Assembly (NCBI GenBank): GCA_965541585.1
Contig: CBEUCH010000013.1
Span: 1-64,000 of the forward strand
Direction of reading: 5' to 3'
Length of the DNA stretch: 64,000 nucleotides
DNA from: an uncultured bacterium
Lineage (GTDB): Bacteria > Zixibacteria > MSB-5A5 > UBA10806
The first letter of the stretch is position 1; each line of letters starts with the position of its first letter. This document shows positions 42,584 to 51,462 of the stretch, one piece after another. The notes beneath the pieces are model-generated. The model saw only the letters and a list, made by a program, of their open reading frames with translations, did not search any database and was not told the DNA's origin. The translations under genes and the position numbers were made by a program.

Positions 42584-42661
42584 TTAGGATCCTGCTCCAG
42601 TATAACCGCCTGGGGCGATCCTTTCCTCTAGTTCCTCAACCTCAAGGATGAAATCTACCAT
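42584..42661 (-). CDS. 25-aa peptide MVDFILEVEELEERIAPGGYTGAGS (putative signalling/RiPP-like precursor)
   Basis: Manual translation. SD GAAGGGGGTGA just upstream, downstream terminator, upstream promoter. Confidence 0.8.
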   Translation of the reverse strand: MVDFILEVEELEERIAPGGYTGAGS

Positions 42662-42762
42662 CGCTTCACCCCCTTCCGGAGTTGTTGCTGCATTGAGGAT
42701 TTCACAAGGTCCTCGAGGAGGATTCTTTGGACATCCCCTCCTCGGACCACCATCTGTTAAAA

Positions 42763-42791
42763 AATGAAACGATTATCGATAACCGTGTCAA
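42763..42791 (-). promoter_or_regulatory. Putative promoter of the peptide gene with palindromic operator
   Basis: TTGACA (42791-42786), then 17 nt, then a weak -10 TTCATT. ACGATTATCGATAACCGT (42769-42786) is a near-perfect palindrome. Confidence 0.55.
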
Positions 42792-43383
42792 GGGAAAAAT
42801 GCAATTTTTTTCAGATAATGTGAAATCCTGTATACATGGCCAACATATGAAATTTGTTGGTATTTATAGTGTTATCGCGTAATATCCTGCAAGATCCCAG
42901 GGCAGAGATTTTGATCGCTTCGCGCGAATTAGCTTAGTCTGACCCCAGGAACCCGGGCAAATCCAGGAGGCCGCGATTGTGGGCCAGGTCCTTTGGGGGT
43001 ATTTACAACTGATGGCATCCGGGAAAGGAGCGATGCCATTCCCGTGAAAACGAAGATCCACTTTCGCATGGAAAGATTCCGCTTTGAGTGCCCTCTGGTT
43101 TCACGAGACAATCCAAAAAGTCGGGCAATGATTCAACTGGCTATGTGATTCCGGAAATGGTGAGGTAAGCTGATAAGGGCTTGCCTTCAGGCGTTGTAGG
43201 AATTATTTGGGCATCTGGCCGGGTCGATCGTTGGCTGGTTGTCCCGGGAGTTGGAATTACCTCATTTCGATGGGTGAAAGGCCTGATCTTCGCCACTCCA
43301 TGCACTCAAGGCAAACTCCCGGGAGAGACTCTAAGCACGTTTTGACAATCTCCAGTAGTTATAATGTTTTTTTAAAAAAGGAC

Positions 43384-43411
43384 TTGACAGGTTTGCGAGT
43401 GTAGGTATATT
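43384..43411 (+). promoter_or_regulatory. Sigma70-like promoter of the cohesin/dockerin cluster
   Basis: T7A5 tract, then TTGACA-N16-TATATT. Confidence 0.5.
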
Positions 43412-43737
43412 TACCAGTGTCTGATGTAGCCCCGATTTTACTTCGGTGCAATGTGTTCTTCGCTTTACTGTTCAAATGAGGCTTCGATTCTGTGAAGAAG
43501 CGAGCTTAAATGAATGAGACCGCACTTATTGGAGAAGCTATCGACTGACAGTGCTATCGGTTGGGTCATGCCGCGAATCTGTATGGCATGATATCGTTGC
43601 TCTCTTGAAAAACTGAAAATCGTTCATTTGGCTCTAAAAGCCGGTGATGCGGAACGCAAAATCGATTGCTTCCCAACTCAATCGACGCTCAGCCGGCAGA
43701 ATTAGCTTGACAGAAAAGCGAAAAAAGGAAGCCGGGT

Positions 43738-44484
43738 ATGTTAAAAGTCTTAGTTATCGCTGTTGTGTCTACATTAGTGATGTTTTTCGGAATTTCCGCC
43801 GCTCAGAGTGATCCGGTCAGCATCACCATCGGTGAATCTTGCGATTCAATCCCCAGGCTGAGTATCCCTATTTACATGAACAATCCGGATTCCGTGGGAT
43901 CATTTACGATAAGGATAATCCTTAGTGACTTTAATCTGCCTGATCCGATGTGGCTGGTTTTCGATCCTGACGATCCCGATGCCGCCGATACGATAGGCAG
44001 CCGGATCAACTACTGGCCTTTCTTCACCTTCTATATGGATGAGCCGGATACGATTGTAGTGAACGCTGCCCGAATCGGCTATCCTGAAGAGGCTCAATCC
44101 CTGCCAGCGGGCAATGGTTTGATATTCACTATTCATCCTATCATAACGGAAATATCTAATACCTGCCAGCGTCTGCGGTTTGGCGATGGTTGCTTCGTTT
44201 ACGACGAGAGTCAATATAATTATTATAATCTGAACTATATCAGGGGAGATGCCTGTTCCGGTTGCGATCCGTCCTGGCTACATGGCGACGTGGATCGCTC
44301 CGGGAGCATAGATTTGTCCGACGTAATCGGCATGATCAGCGCCTATAGAGGCGGCTCCTTTTGTGACTCGTGTGCCTGCACGGGGGACGCTGACGGCAGC
44401 GGCATCCCGTTTGAGTTGGCCGACGTGGTGGCCATCATAGGCCATTACAGGACCGGGGAACCCGTGATGCTACCATGTGAATGA
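43738..44484 (+). CDS. Secreted cohesin-like + dockerin protein (no CTD)
   Basis: Signal peptide, IPIYMNNPDSV...GNGLIF, then GDVDRSGSIDLSDV...GDADGSG...LADV. Confidence 0.75.
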   Translation: MLKVLVIAVVSTLVMFFGISAAQSDPVSITIGESCDSIPRLSIPIYMNNPDSVGSFTIRIILSDFNLPDPMWLVFDPDDPDAADTIGSRINYWPFFTFYMDEPDTIVVNAARIGYPEEAQSLPAGNGLIFTIHPIITEISNTCQRLRFGDGCFVYDESQYNYYNLNYIRGDACSGCDPSWLHGDVDRSGSIDLSDVIGMISAYRGGSFCDSCACTGDADGSGIPFELADVVAIIGHYRTGEPVMLPCE

Positions 44485-44675
44485 AAAGGGATTAAATAGA
44501 AAAAGTTTGTTCTTCAGATAAACCTGGTTTCCTTGTGAAGGAGGTGAGTGCCAAGAGAGAAAAAAACGTTTGTAAAGAGGGGAGAATTCGGTTTGTCCTG
44601 GAAATGGATTTCCAGGCTTACGCAAACAAGGTGTTAACAAGAAAAACGCCTGTGCATGATTTTAAGGAGTAAAAC

Positions 44676-46943
44676 ATGAAAAAATTGTTGCTCTTGGCTT
44701 TAGTTACAATTTTCACTTTCAGCCTAGCATCTGCTCAGACCAATAAGGCCGTATTCGGGCCGCTGGTCGGTGATGGCGCTGGTCAGATTATTGCCGTCAA
44801 CGGTCAGTCCATCGATCTCGAGGTGTGGGTTCGCACCGATCCGGGCAACCCTGCCGTGATCGTCGGCACGGCTCATGGCCTGATGACCGAGGATCAGTAT
44901 ATCGCGGAACGTAACGACGGCACCGCGGAGCCTGAATGGGCCATGCCCAATTGGGAGCAGTTCTTCATTGATCCCCCGAATCCCCCGTCCCCCCCAGGAC
45001 ATCCTCTTGGCTATTATACGGATGCCGATGGGGGCGATTTCCCGTATGACCCAGGCTTTAAGGGCGAGGTGCAAGGCGCCCTTTACACGGTGTTTAATCC
45101 GCCGGTTGGCGATCCCCTCGACACTCAGGGTGAATGGGTGAAATATATGACCTGGCATGTGGTCATGAACGTCGACATCGAAGTCGAGCAGGAGGTCTGT
45201 CCGTTCAGCGCGGCCTGGTATCCTCACAGTGGTGAGGGGACCAAATGGGCATTTGAAGGTGGCGGCGGCGTTACTCCGGAGCAGGATTATTCCTGCGTCT
45301 GGATCAGTGCCAACACCGACCCGGTGCTTACGGTTTGCCCGCAAGGCGGGTGCGCTGATGGCGGCATGGAGCTCTGTTTCGATATCGCCGGTGAGGACCT
45401 CGACGAGCTTGATGATCTGCAGATCACGTTGATCTCGGGCCCCGGCGAATATACCGCTGATGTTTCAGGTCCCGGTGGCGCAGCTTCCGGAACCTGGTGC
45501 TGGGATGATCCTCAAGCCGGTGAATACGTGGTTGTTCTCGAGTTGAACGACAATGCCGGCGCCGCCGTTCTCTGCGAATTCCCGCTTTCGGTCGGCGATA
45601 TCACTTTTGAGATTGACTGCGTAGCCAGTTTCCCCGGCGGCGTGGTTATCGTTCCGGTTCGCCTGCACACCTGTGCCTTCGAGACCGGTGGTATCGAGTT
45701 TCTGGGTCGCTGGGATCCGACAGCTCTCGAGCTTTTGGACGTTCAGCCGCAATCCAGGATCGATTTCGGTGAGGAATACTTCTACTGGAATGATACCGAT
45801 CCCTGCGAAGAGTGCCCTCCAGGCGGCGCCGTCAGGGTGACATGGATCTCCGATATCAACAACGGAGTTCCGCATGCTCCGGCCCCGCCGGGCAGCGCTT
45901 CGGTATTCAACCTAATCTTCCAGGTCGATCCCGCCCTGCCATGGGGTATGGAAATCCCAGTCGAGTTCCATAATCTGCATTATTCCGACAACACCATCTC
46001 TGATCAGTCGGGTTACATCTGGTGGACTCCTGAGCAGATCGATGGCTGCGTTGTGGTTGAAGACGCCGAATCGTTCAAAGGCGATCCCAACATGAACGGT
46101 ACCCCCTACGAAATCGGTGATGCAGTGATCGTAGCTCTTCGTCTGATCCATTGCAGCAGTGGCATTGACTGCCCTATCTGGTCGGAAGGCCCAGGCGGGC
46201 CAGGCGACGATGCCCTGCAGGAAGCTGCGGCTGACCTGAATAACAACGGGTTCGCCGATATTGCTGACCTGCTTAGGTTCATCAATATTATCAACGATAT
46301 CATTCCTCCCCCGAAAGTGGAGCCGAGCTCTACTGTAGCTCAGGTCAGCATGCCTGATGTTATCGGTGATAATATGGAAGTAACGCTTAAGGCCGGTGTC
46401 GATGTTGGCGGCGTTCTGCTGAGCATCGAGCACCCGGGTGTTGAACTCGACACTCCTGTTGCCAACAACGGCATGGAGCTTCTCTATCATGACGCCGATG
46501 GTGTTATGAATGTGGTAGTCTTCTCCAAGACCGCCGAAGTTCTGGCAGCCGGCAACTCGTCGTTGTTCACCATTCCGGTGCTGTCGAACGATGGCGGCTC
46601 CATGAGCTTTGCCGAGGTTTCCTCTTCCGACTCTTATGGTCGTCTGATGGAGACTGTGGCTTCTCTGGAGGCTCCTCTGCCGACTACCTTTGCCGTCGAG
46701 CAAAACTACCCGAATCCGTTCAACGCCAAGACCCAGATCGGCATAGCTCTGCCTGAGGCCAGTGATGTTGTTGTAGATATCTACAGCATCACCGGTCAGA
46801 TGGTGGAGTCGGTCTCCGGTTATTTCGAGGCTGGAAACCATTCCATCACATGGGATGCTTCCGACGTCTCTTCCGGCGTTTACTTCTACAAAATAACGGC
46901 GGGTGACTTTAGCCAAACGATGAAGATGACCTTGCTGAAGTAA
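44676..46943 (+). CDS. Secreted Ig/cohesin/dockerin protein with T9SS-type CTD
   Basis: PGGVVIVPV...DNTISD cohesin-like unit, GDPNMNG...ADLNNNGFADIADL dockerin, QNYPNPFN...KMTLLK. Confidence 0.85.
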   Translation: MKKLLLLALVTIFTFSLASAQTNKAVFGPLVGDGAGQIIAVNGQSIDLEVWVRTDPGNPAVIVGTAHGLMTEDQYIAERNDGTAEPEWAMPNWEQFFIDPPNPPSPPGHPLGYYTDADGGDFPYDPGFKGEVQGALYTVFNPPVGDPLDTQGEWVKYMTWHVVMNVDIEVEQEVCPFSAAWYPHSGEGTKWAFEGGGGVTPEQDYSCVWISANTDPVLTVCPQGGCADGGMELCFDIAGEDLDELDDLQITLISGPGEYTADVSGPGGAASGTWCWDDPQAGEYVVVLELNDNAGAAVLCEFPLSVGDITFEIDCVASFPGGVVIVPVRLHTCAFETGGIEFLGRWDPTALELLDVQPQSRIDFGEEYFYWNDTDPCEECPPGGAVRVTWISDINNGVPHAPAPPGSASVFNLIFQVDPALPWGMEIPVEFHNLHYSDNTISDQSGYIWWTPEQIDGCVVVEDAESFKGDPNMNGTPYEIGDAVIVALRLIHCSSGIDCPIWSEGPGGPGDDALQEAAADLNNNGFADIADLLRFINIINDIIPPPKVEPSSTVAQVSMPDVIGDNMEVTLKAGVDVGGVLLSIEHPGVELDTPVANNGMELLYHDADGVMNVVVFSKTAEVLAAGNSSLFTIPVLSNDGGSMSFAEVSSSDSYGRLMETVASLEAPLPTTFAVEQNYPNPFNAKTQIGIALPEASDVVVDIYSITGQMVESVSGYFEAGNHSITWDASDVSSGVYFYKITAGDFSQTMKMTLLK

Positions 46944-46970
46944 GAAGTTCGGCAAGTCGCTTCGAGCTAA

Positions 46971-47003
46971 CAGGATAAGAGAGGGTCTCCCTCTCTTATC
47001 CTG
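46971..47003. terminator. Perfect 15-bp stem-loop (terminator or 3' stabiliser)
   Basis: CAGGATAAGAGAGGG-TCT-CCCTCTCTTATCCTG; no U-tract on the + strand. Confidence 0.6.
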
Positions 47004-47315
47004 AATAAAATGAACATCTTACGAGAGGGAGGGGGTGATTTGAAATAGGCGTGTGCAAATAATTTGTTTTTTGTTGCAGGAGTGGTAATTTGTTTTGGGT
47101 TTTTCTTGTATTTTCGATGTTTTTTACTGGTTCGATTATTTTATCCCACAAAAGAAGAAATATCTATGAACTTGAAGAGAAGCTATTTAGCGTGTGGAAT
47201 AATGTTAACCTGATGATGGTGAAAAAGTTATGACATCAGAGGCACGTATTTTGCTAAGTTATACTATAAAAGGAAGCGAGATTTACGCTTAAACCGATTA
47301 TCTCGGGGGATTAAC

Positions 47316-48158
47316 GTGAGATCTTTTGTCTTGATTGCAGTTCTGAGTTTATTTCTGGGAGCGACAAATGCATTTCCCCAGTCTCCGGACAGTCTGATCG
47401 TAACGAATGCTGTGGCGCCTCCCGGGGATACCGCAATCGTCTCGGTCATGTTGCATAATACTCAGTTTTCGGTCGGCGGTTTTGCGATGAGATTCGTCTT
47501 GCTCGATTCTGTGAATGCCTCGTTTCAACGGGTCGAGCGTGGGGCCGACACGCAGGATTTCGATCATTTCAATATCCAGCAGTCTGATGGGACATGCAAG
47601 GTCGTGGGGATCGTTGATATGCCAGGCGGCAATAATGCTCCGCCTCTACCAATCGGAATTAATGAACTTGCTAAGGTGTTTATATTTATCGAGGATACCG
47701 CCCCGTGGGGCATGACGGATTCGATACTGTTTATGGATGACACGCTTCCCCCGGAACGTGATAATTCCATTTCTGACAGCACCGGTTATATAAACGAAGT
47801 ACCGACGTTGATCGGCGGAGAGATTCTTGTTGACGTCGCCATCGGCGTCAGTGAGATTCCCACCGGCATTCCAGATAAGATGGAGTTATATCAAAACTAC
47901 CCCAACCCTTTCAATTCTGAGACAATGATTCGGTTCGGACTGTCGGCGGAAATAGATGAGGTTTCTCTTTCTGTCTATGACATTGTTGGCCGGAGGGTAG
48001 GCAGGTATTACTGGGGCGGCCTTCCGCCGGGTCAGCACGAGGTAATATGGAGCGGCTATGACGATAATGACAGACCTCTTGCGTCCGGCGTGTATTTTTA
48101 CAGGCTGGAGGCCGGGTCGTTGCCGGCTATTGTGAAGAGGATGACCCTGCTGAAATAG
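47316..48158 (+). CDS. Secreted cohesin-like domain + T9SS-type CTD protein
   Basis: PGDTAIVSV...VGGF...DNSISDSTG, QNYPNPFN...RMTLLK. Confidence 0.82.
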   Translation: MRSFVLIAVLSLFLGATNAFPQSPDSLIVTNAVAPPGDTAIVSVMLHNTQFSVGGFAMRFVLLDSVNASFQRVERGADTQDFDHFNIQQSDGTCKVVGIVDMPGGNNAPPLPIGINELAKVFIFIEDTAPWGMTDSILFMDDTLPPERDNSISDSTGYINEVPTLIGGEILVDVAIGVSEIPTGIPDKMELYQNYPNPFNSETMIRFGLSAEIDEVSLSVYDIVGRRVGRYYWGGLPPGQHEVIWSGYDDNDRPLASGVYFYRLEAGSLPAIVKRMTLLK

Positions 48159-48260
48159 GCAGATGGTATGAATTGTCTTATGCTTTTGGTACCCAATACT
48201 GGAAATGGAGACCGTCAATCCGGACGGTCGTATGACCGTAATGGTCATGGAGAAAATGAT

Positions 48261-49091
48261 TTGAGCAAAACGCTATCCTTTGTATTTATTTTTGTGATGT
48301 TGATTTGCTCCGGTTCTGTATGGGGGCAGACATTCTCCGATGACGATACATTGAGTATTCCATCGGGAATCGGTGAGCCGGGTGATGTGATTCTGGTGCC
48401 GATAGATCTGGTAAATACGTTTATGGTTGGAGGCTTTGCCGTCAGGATCTCTTACGATAGCAGCGCTTTTGAACCCACTACAGTAGACACCACAGAGCGG
48501 TCGGCCAGCCTTGAATTACACGGCGCAGATTTTCAAGTCCCCGGGATCATCCGATATTGGGCAACCTCCATGCGGCCTCTTGAGAACGGGATGCCGGCAG
48601 GATCGGGCCCCGTAGCGGTGCTATCCCTGGCGATCAAGTATACTGCGCAGGACGGCTATTATGACCTTGCTTATACCGATGAAGATTCAACGTCGTATGA
48701 TAACCAATTATCTGATTCCCTTGGACTTACACTGGTCATCCCGATTCAGGTCGGAGGCCGGATCGTAGTCGGAGATCCAACCGGAATTGAGGATGACAAA
48801 CCGCTTCCGGAATCTTTTGCGTTGTCGCAAAATTTTCCCAATCCGTTCAATCAGCAGACGCGAATCTCCTTCAATCTGGCGAGTTCAGGCGAAGTCGGAC
48901 TTGAGATATTCGATATTCTCGGAAGAAAAATAGCGACTTTATTCTCAGGTCGGGCTGATGAAGGAGAAACCGAAGTTAGCTGGGACGGGCGGTCTGCGTG
49001 GGGAGGGGATGTGTCTTCGGGCGTTTATTATTATCGATTGCGGAACGCGGGGGGGGAATCGATAGTCAGGAAAATGACCTTGTTAAAGTAG
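48261..49091 (+). CDS. Secreted cohesin-like domain + T9SS-type CTD protein
   Basis: Start reassigned to TTG after GGAG. PGDVILVPI...GSGPVA...DNQLSDS, then CTD. Confidence 0.82.
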   Translation: MSKTLSFVFIFVMLICSGSVWGQTFSDDDTLSIPSGIGEPGDVILVPIDLVNTFMVGGFAVRISYDSSAFEPTTVDTTERSASLELHGADFQVPGIIRYWATSMRPLENGMPAGSGPVAVLSLAIKYTAQDGYYDLAYTDEDSTSYDNQLSDSLGLTLVIPIQVGGRIVVGDPTGIEDDKPLPESFALSQNFPNPFNQQTRISFNLASSGEVGLEIFDILGRKIATLFSGRADEGETEVSWDGRSAWGGDVSSGVYYYRLRNAGGESIVRKMTLLK

Positions 49092-49104
49092 TGGGGCCGA
49101 TGAT

Positions 49105-51234
49105 ATGAAAAAGCTAATCTTGCCTCTTGTCATAGCGATCTTTCTGGCAGCATCATGGTCTGATGCAGAGGCGCAGGAATATTCTGATGCCGATACCATG
49201 GCCATAATTGATGGCTATGGCAATCCCGGGGATACGGTCGGCGTCATAATGCACATGGCTAACCATACTATCGACGTTGGGGGGTATCTTCACAGAATCG
49301 TTTACGACGAGACGCTCCTGGAGCCCCTGATGGTCACCGACACCATAATGAGTAGCGAATGTCTGGATAGGGGCTGTCAACTCGGAGCATCAGCCGATGC
49401 TCTTGAGCCGGGCGTCGTCAGGATTCTGGCGTATAGCCAATTTGGCGACTATATTCCAATGGGCAGCGGTCCTGTATTGCAGCTTAATTTTATAGTCAAA
49501 CCGACAGCGCCGCCCGGGACCATTACTATTCTGCAATTCCAGGATCTAATCCCGCCGCAGGATAATAACTGGTCTGATTCACTGGGGGAGCGTCTCCTGG
49601 TGCCTCAGCTGTTACCCGGCAATTTCTCCATTCTGGGGGGAGGCTTAAACTCGCCGCCGGTCATCAACTTCGTCGGCGATCAGGAGGTGGCCGAGGGGCA
49701 GTTGCTGGAGTTTTCCGTGACCGCTCATGATCCGGACTCAGATCCGATTACATTGACCGCCCAGAACCTCCCCGATAATGGTTCGTTCCCCGTAGTCCAG
49801 GGTGATTCGCTGGTTACCGGTACCTTTTCTTTTCGCCCTGATTTCGACCAGGGGCCCGATACGTTTGTTGTAACTTTCAGAGCAACAGACAATTCCAACA
49901 ATGTCACCGAACGTCCGGTTCAGATTGTCGTTCTCGATCAGCCGGATGATTTCTTATCCATCAGCACCGACCAGGGAGGTATTCCGGGGGCGACGGCGAG
50001 GCCGGTGGATATCATCCTGTTCAATTCCATTCCGGTATTTGGCGCCCAGTTCGAGATTCTGTATGATCCTTTTCAGATCCAGATCCCGGAGGTCTATTCG
50101 ACGGAGAGAGCCTATGATATGTGGTTCTCTTACAACGAACCGGATCCCGGGAGAATTATAATCCTGATATTCTCGGTTGGCCTGGATTCGATCTCATCGG
50201 GAGGCGGGCCTCTGGCACAGCTTATCGTCGACGCCGATCCCTTTGCAACCTTCGGCCCGACAGAACTGATCCTTCAAGAGGCCATTGAGGTTATCGACTC
50301 TACTGGAACATCGAAGCCACTCATTACGGAAGATGGATTTTTCACGATCGACCAATTCGGCGATTCCAATCTCGATGGTATTGTCAATGTTGGAGACTGC
50401 ATAACCATAGTAGCGTATCTGATCGGGCGGGGCACCTTGAGCGAAAGGCAGCATGATGCCGCCGACATAGACAGCACCGGCCGAGTGGATATAGGCGATC
50501 TTCAGCAATTGATTAACATCATATTGGAAATAGGTATTCCACCTCTGTCTTATCCGCAGGATTTGCCTGTAATCGTAGAATTGTTGAAGGAAGATATTGG
50601 CCGCCAAGGAGATAAGCTAACCGTTCCGCTCTGGGCCGATATTACAGGCGAGGCCTCGGCCGTGCAGTTCGAACTGACTTTCGATACCGATAAGCTCGGC
50701 GAAATAGAGATCGTCAAGGGCGATATGGTCTCTGATATGACGCTTGATTATACGGTCGCCGGCGGCAGCATTAAAGGACTAGTATACCATCTGGGTGGTA
50801 ACAACTTCGGACCCGCCACAGGACGGCTTGTAGAATTTAAGTTCGACGCCCTGACCGGCGATTTCGATCCGAGCAGCGATATAAACCTTGCCGATTTCCA
50901 GGTAGTCAACCCGGCCGCCGACTTTATGCCGGTGGAAATTAAAGGACGATTGCCGGAAATTTTCAGGCTCGCTCAAAATTACCCGAATCCATTCAATGCG
51001 GGCACGAACATCAGCTTCAGTTTACCGTTATCCGGATATGTAGAGCTTTCGGTTTACGATCTCCTGGGACGAAGAGTAACAATTCTTCTTGATAGCTTCC
51101 TGCCGGCCGGAAATCATCTTGTGACCTGGAACGGTCGTTCCGGTAATGGAGAATCGATGGCCACGGGCATTTACTTCTATCGCCTGGCGGCCGAGGGATT
51201 TGACGAAACAAAAAAGATGTTGTTGGTGAAGTAG
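49105..51234 (+). CDS. Secreted cohesin-Ig-cohesin-dockerin-cohesin protein with T9SS-type CTD
   Basis: PGDTV.., NSPPVI..AEG..DPDSD Ig unit, GDSNLDGIVNVGD...ADIDSTGRVDIGDL, CTD. Confidence 0.85.
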   Translation: MKKLILPLVIAIFLAASWSDAEAQEYSDADTMAIIDGYGNPGDTVGVIMHMANHTIDVGGYLHRIVYDETLLEPLMVTDTIMSSECLDRGCQLGASADALEPGVVRILAYSQFGDYIPMGSGPVLQLNFIVKPTAPPGTITILQFQDLIPPQDNNWSDSLGERLLVPQLLPGNFSILGGGLNSPPVINFVGDQEVAEGQLLEFSVTAHDPDSDPITLTAQNLPDNGSFPVVQGDSLVTGTFSFRPDFDQGPDTFVVTFRATDNSNNVTERPVQIVVLDQPDDFLSISTDQGGIPGATARPVDIILFNSIPVFGAQFEILYDPFQIQIPEVYSTERAYDMWFSYNEPDPGRIIILIFSVGLDSISSGGGPLAQLIVDADPFATFGPTELILQEAIEVIDSTGTSKPLITEDGFFTIDQFGDSNLDGIVNVGDCITIVAYLIGRGTLSERQHDAADIDSTGRVDIGDLQQLINIILEIGIPPLSYPQDLPVIVELLKEDIGRQGDKLTVPLWADITGEASAVQFELTFDTDKLGEIEIVKGDMVSDMTLDYTVAGGSIKGLVYHLGGNNFGPATGRLVEFKFDALTGDFDPSSDINLADFQVVNPAADFMPVEIKGRLPEIFRLAQNYPNPFNAGTNISFSLPLSGYVELSVYDLLGRRVTILLDSFLPAGNHLVTWNGRSGNGESMATGIYFYRLAAEGFDETKKMLLVK

Positions 51235-51462
51235 CGTCAACGGCACTTCCGGGTTGAGGTCTTGCTCTAAATGGGCATAGATGACCCGAAGTGACGGCAT
51301 GAAAGAGGCCGAGATGATTGCTGAATTAAAATATATTCTATCTGATTTTATTCAGATTTCAGAGGGTCAGAGTCTATCATCGTACACCCTCTCCCCGGAT
51401 ATGGATAGAAGATCCTTTTCATTAAATAGCCTACATGGTTTTACTGGCGTCGGGGCTTGCAA

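Noticed and set aside
42864..43404. Short ORFs in the divergent intergenic region (e.g. MDLRFHGNG...)
   Set aside because: Some derive from REP-like palindrome sequence; no convincing SD or protein motif.
43300..43700. Possible c-di-GMP-I riboswitch (GCAAA...GACGC fragments)
   Set aside because: GNRA loop, receptor and spacing do not fit the consensus by eye; kept only as a generic structured leader.
44548..44637. Short GTG ORF after AAGGAGGTGA
   Set aside because: Start codon directly abuts the SD (no spacer) and the peptide has no motif; treated as an orphan SD.
45912..46955. 347-aa antisense ORF
   Set aside because: Shadow of the strongly codon-biased 44676..46943 gene; no motifs.
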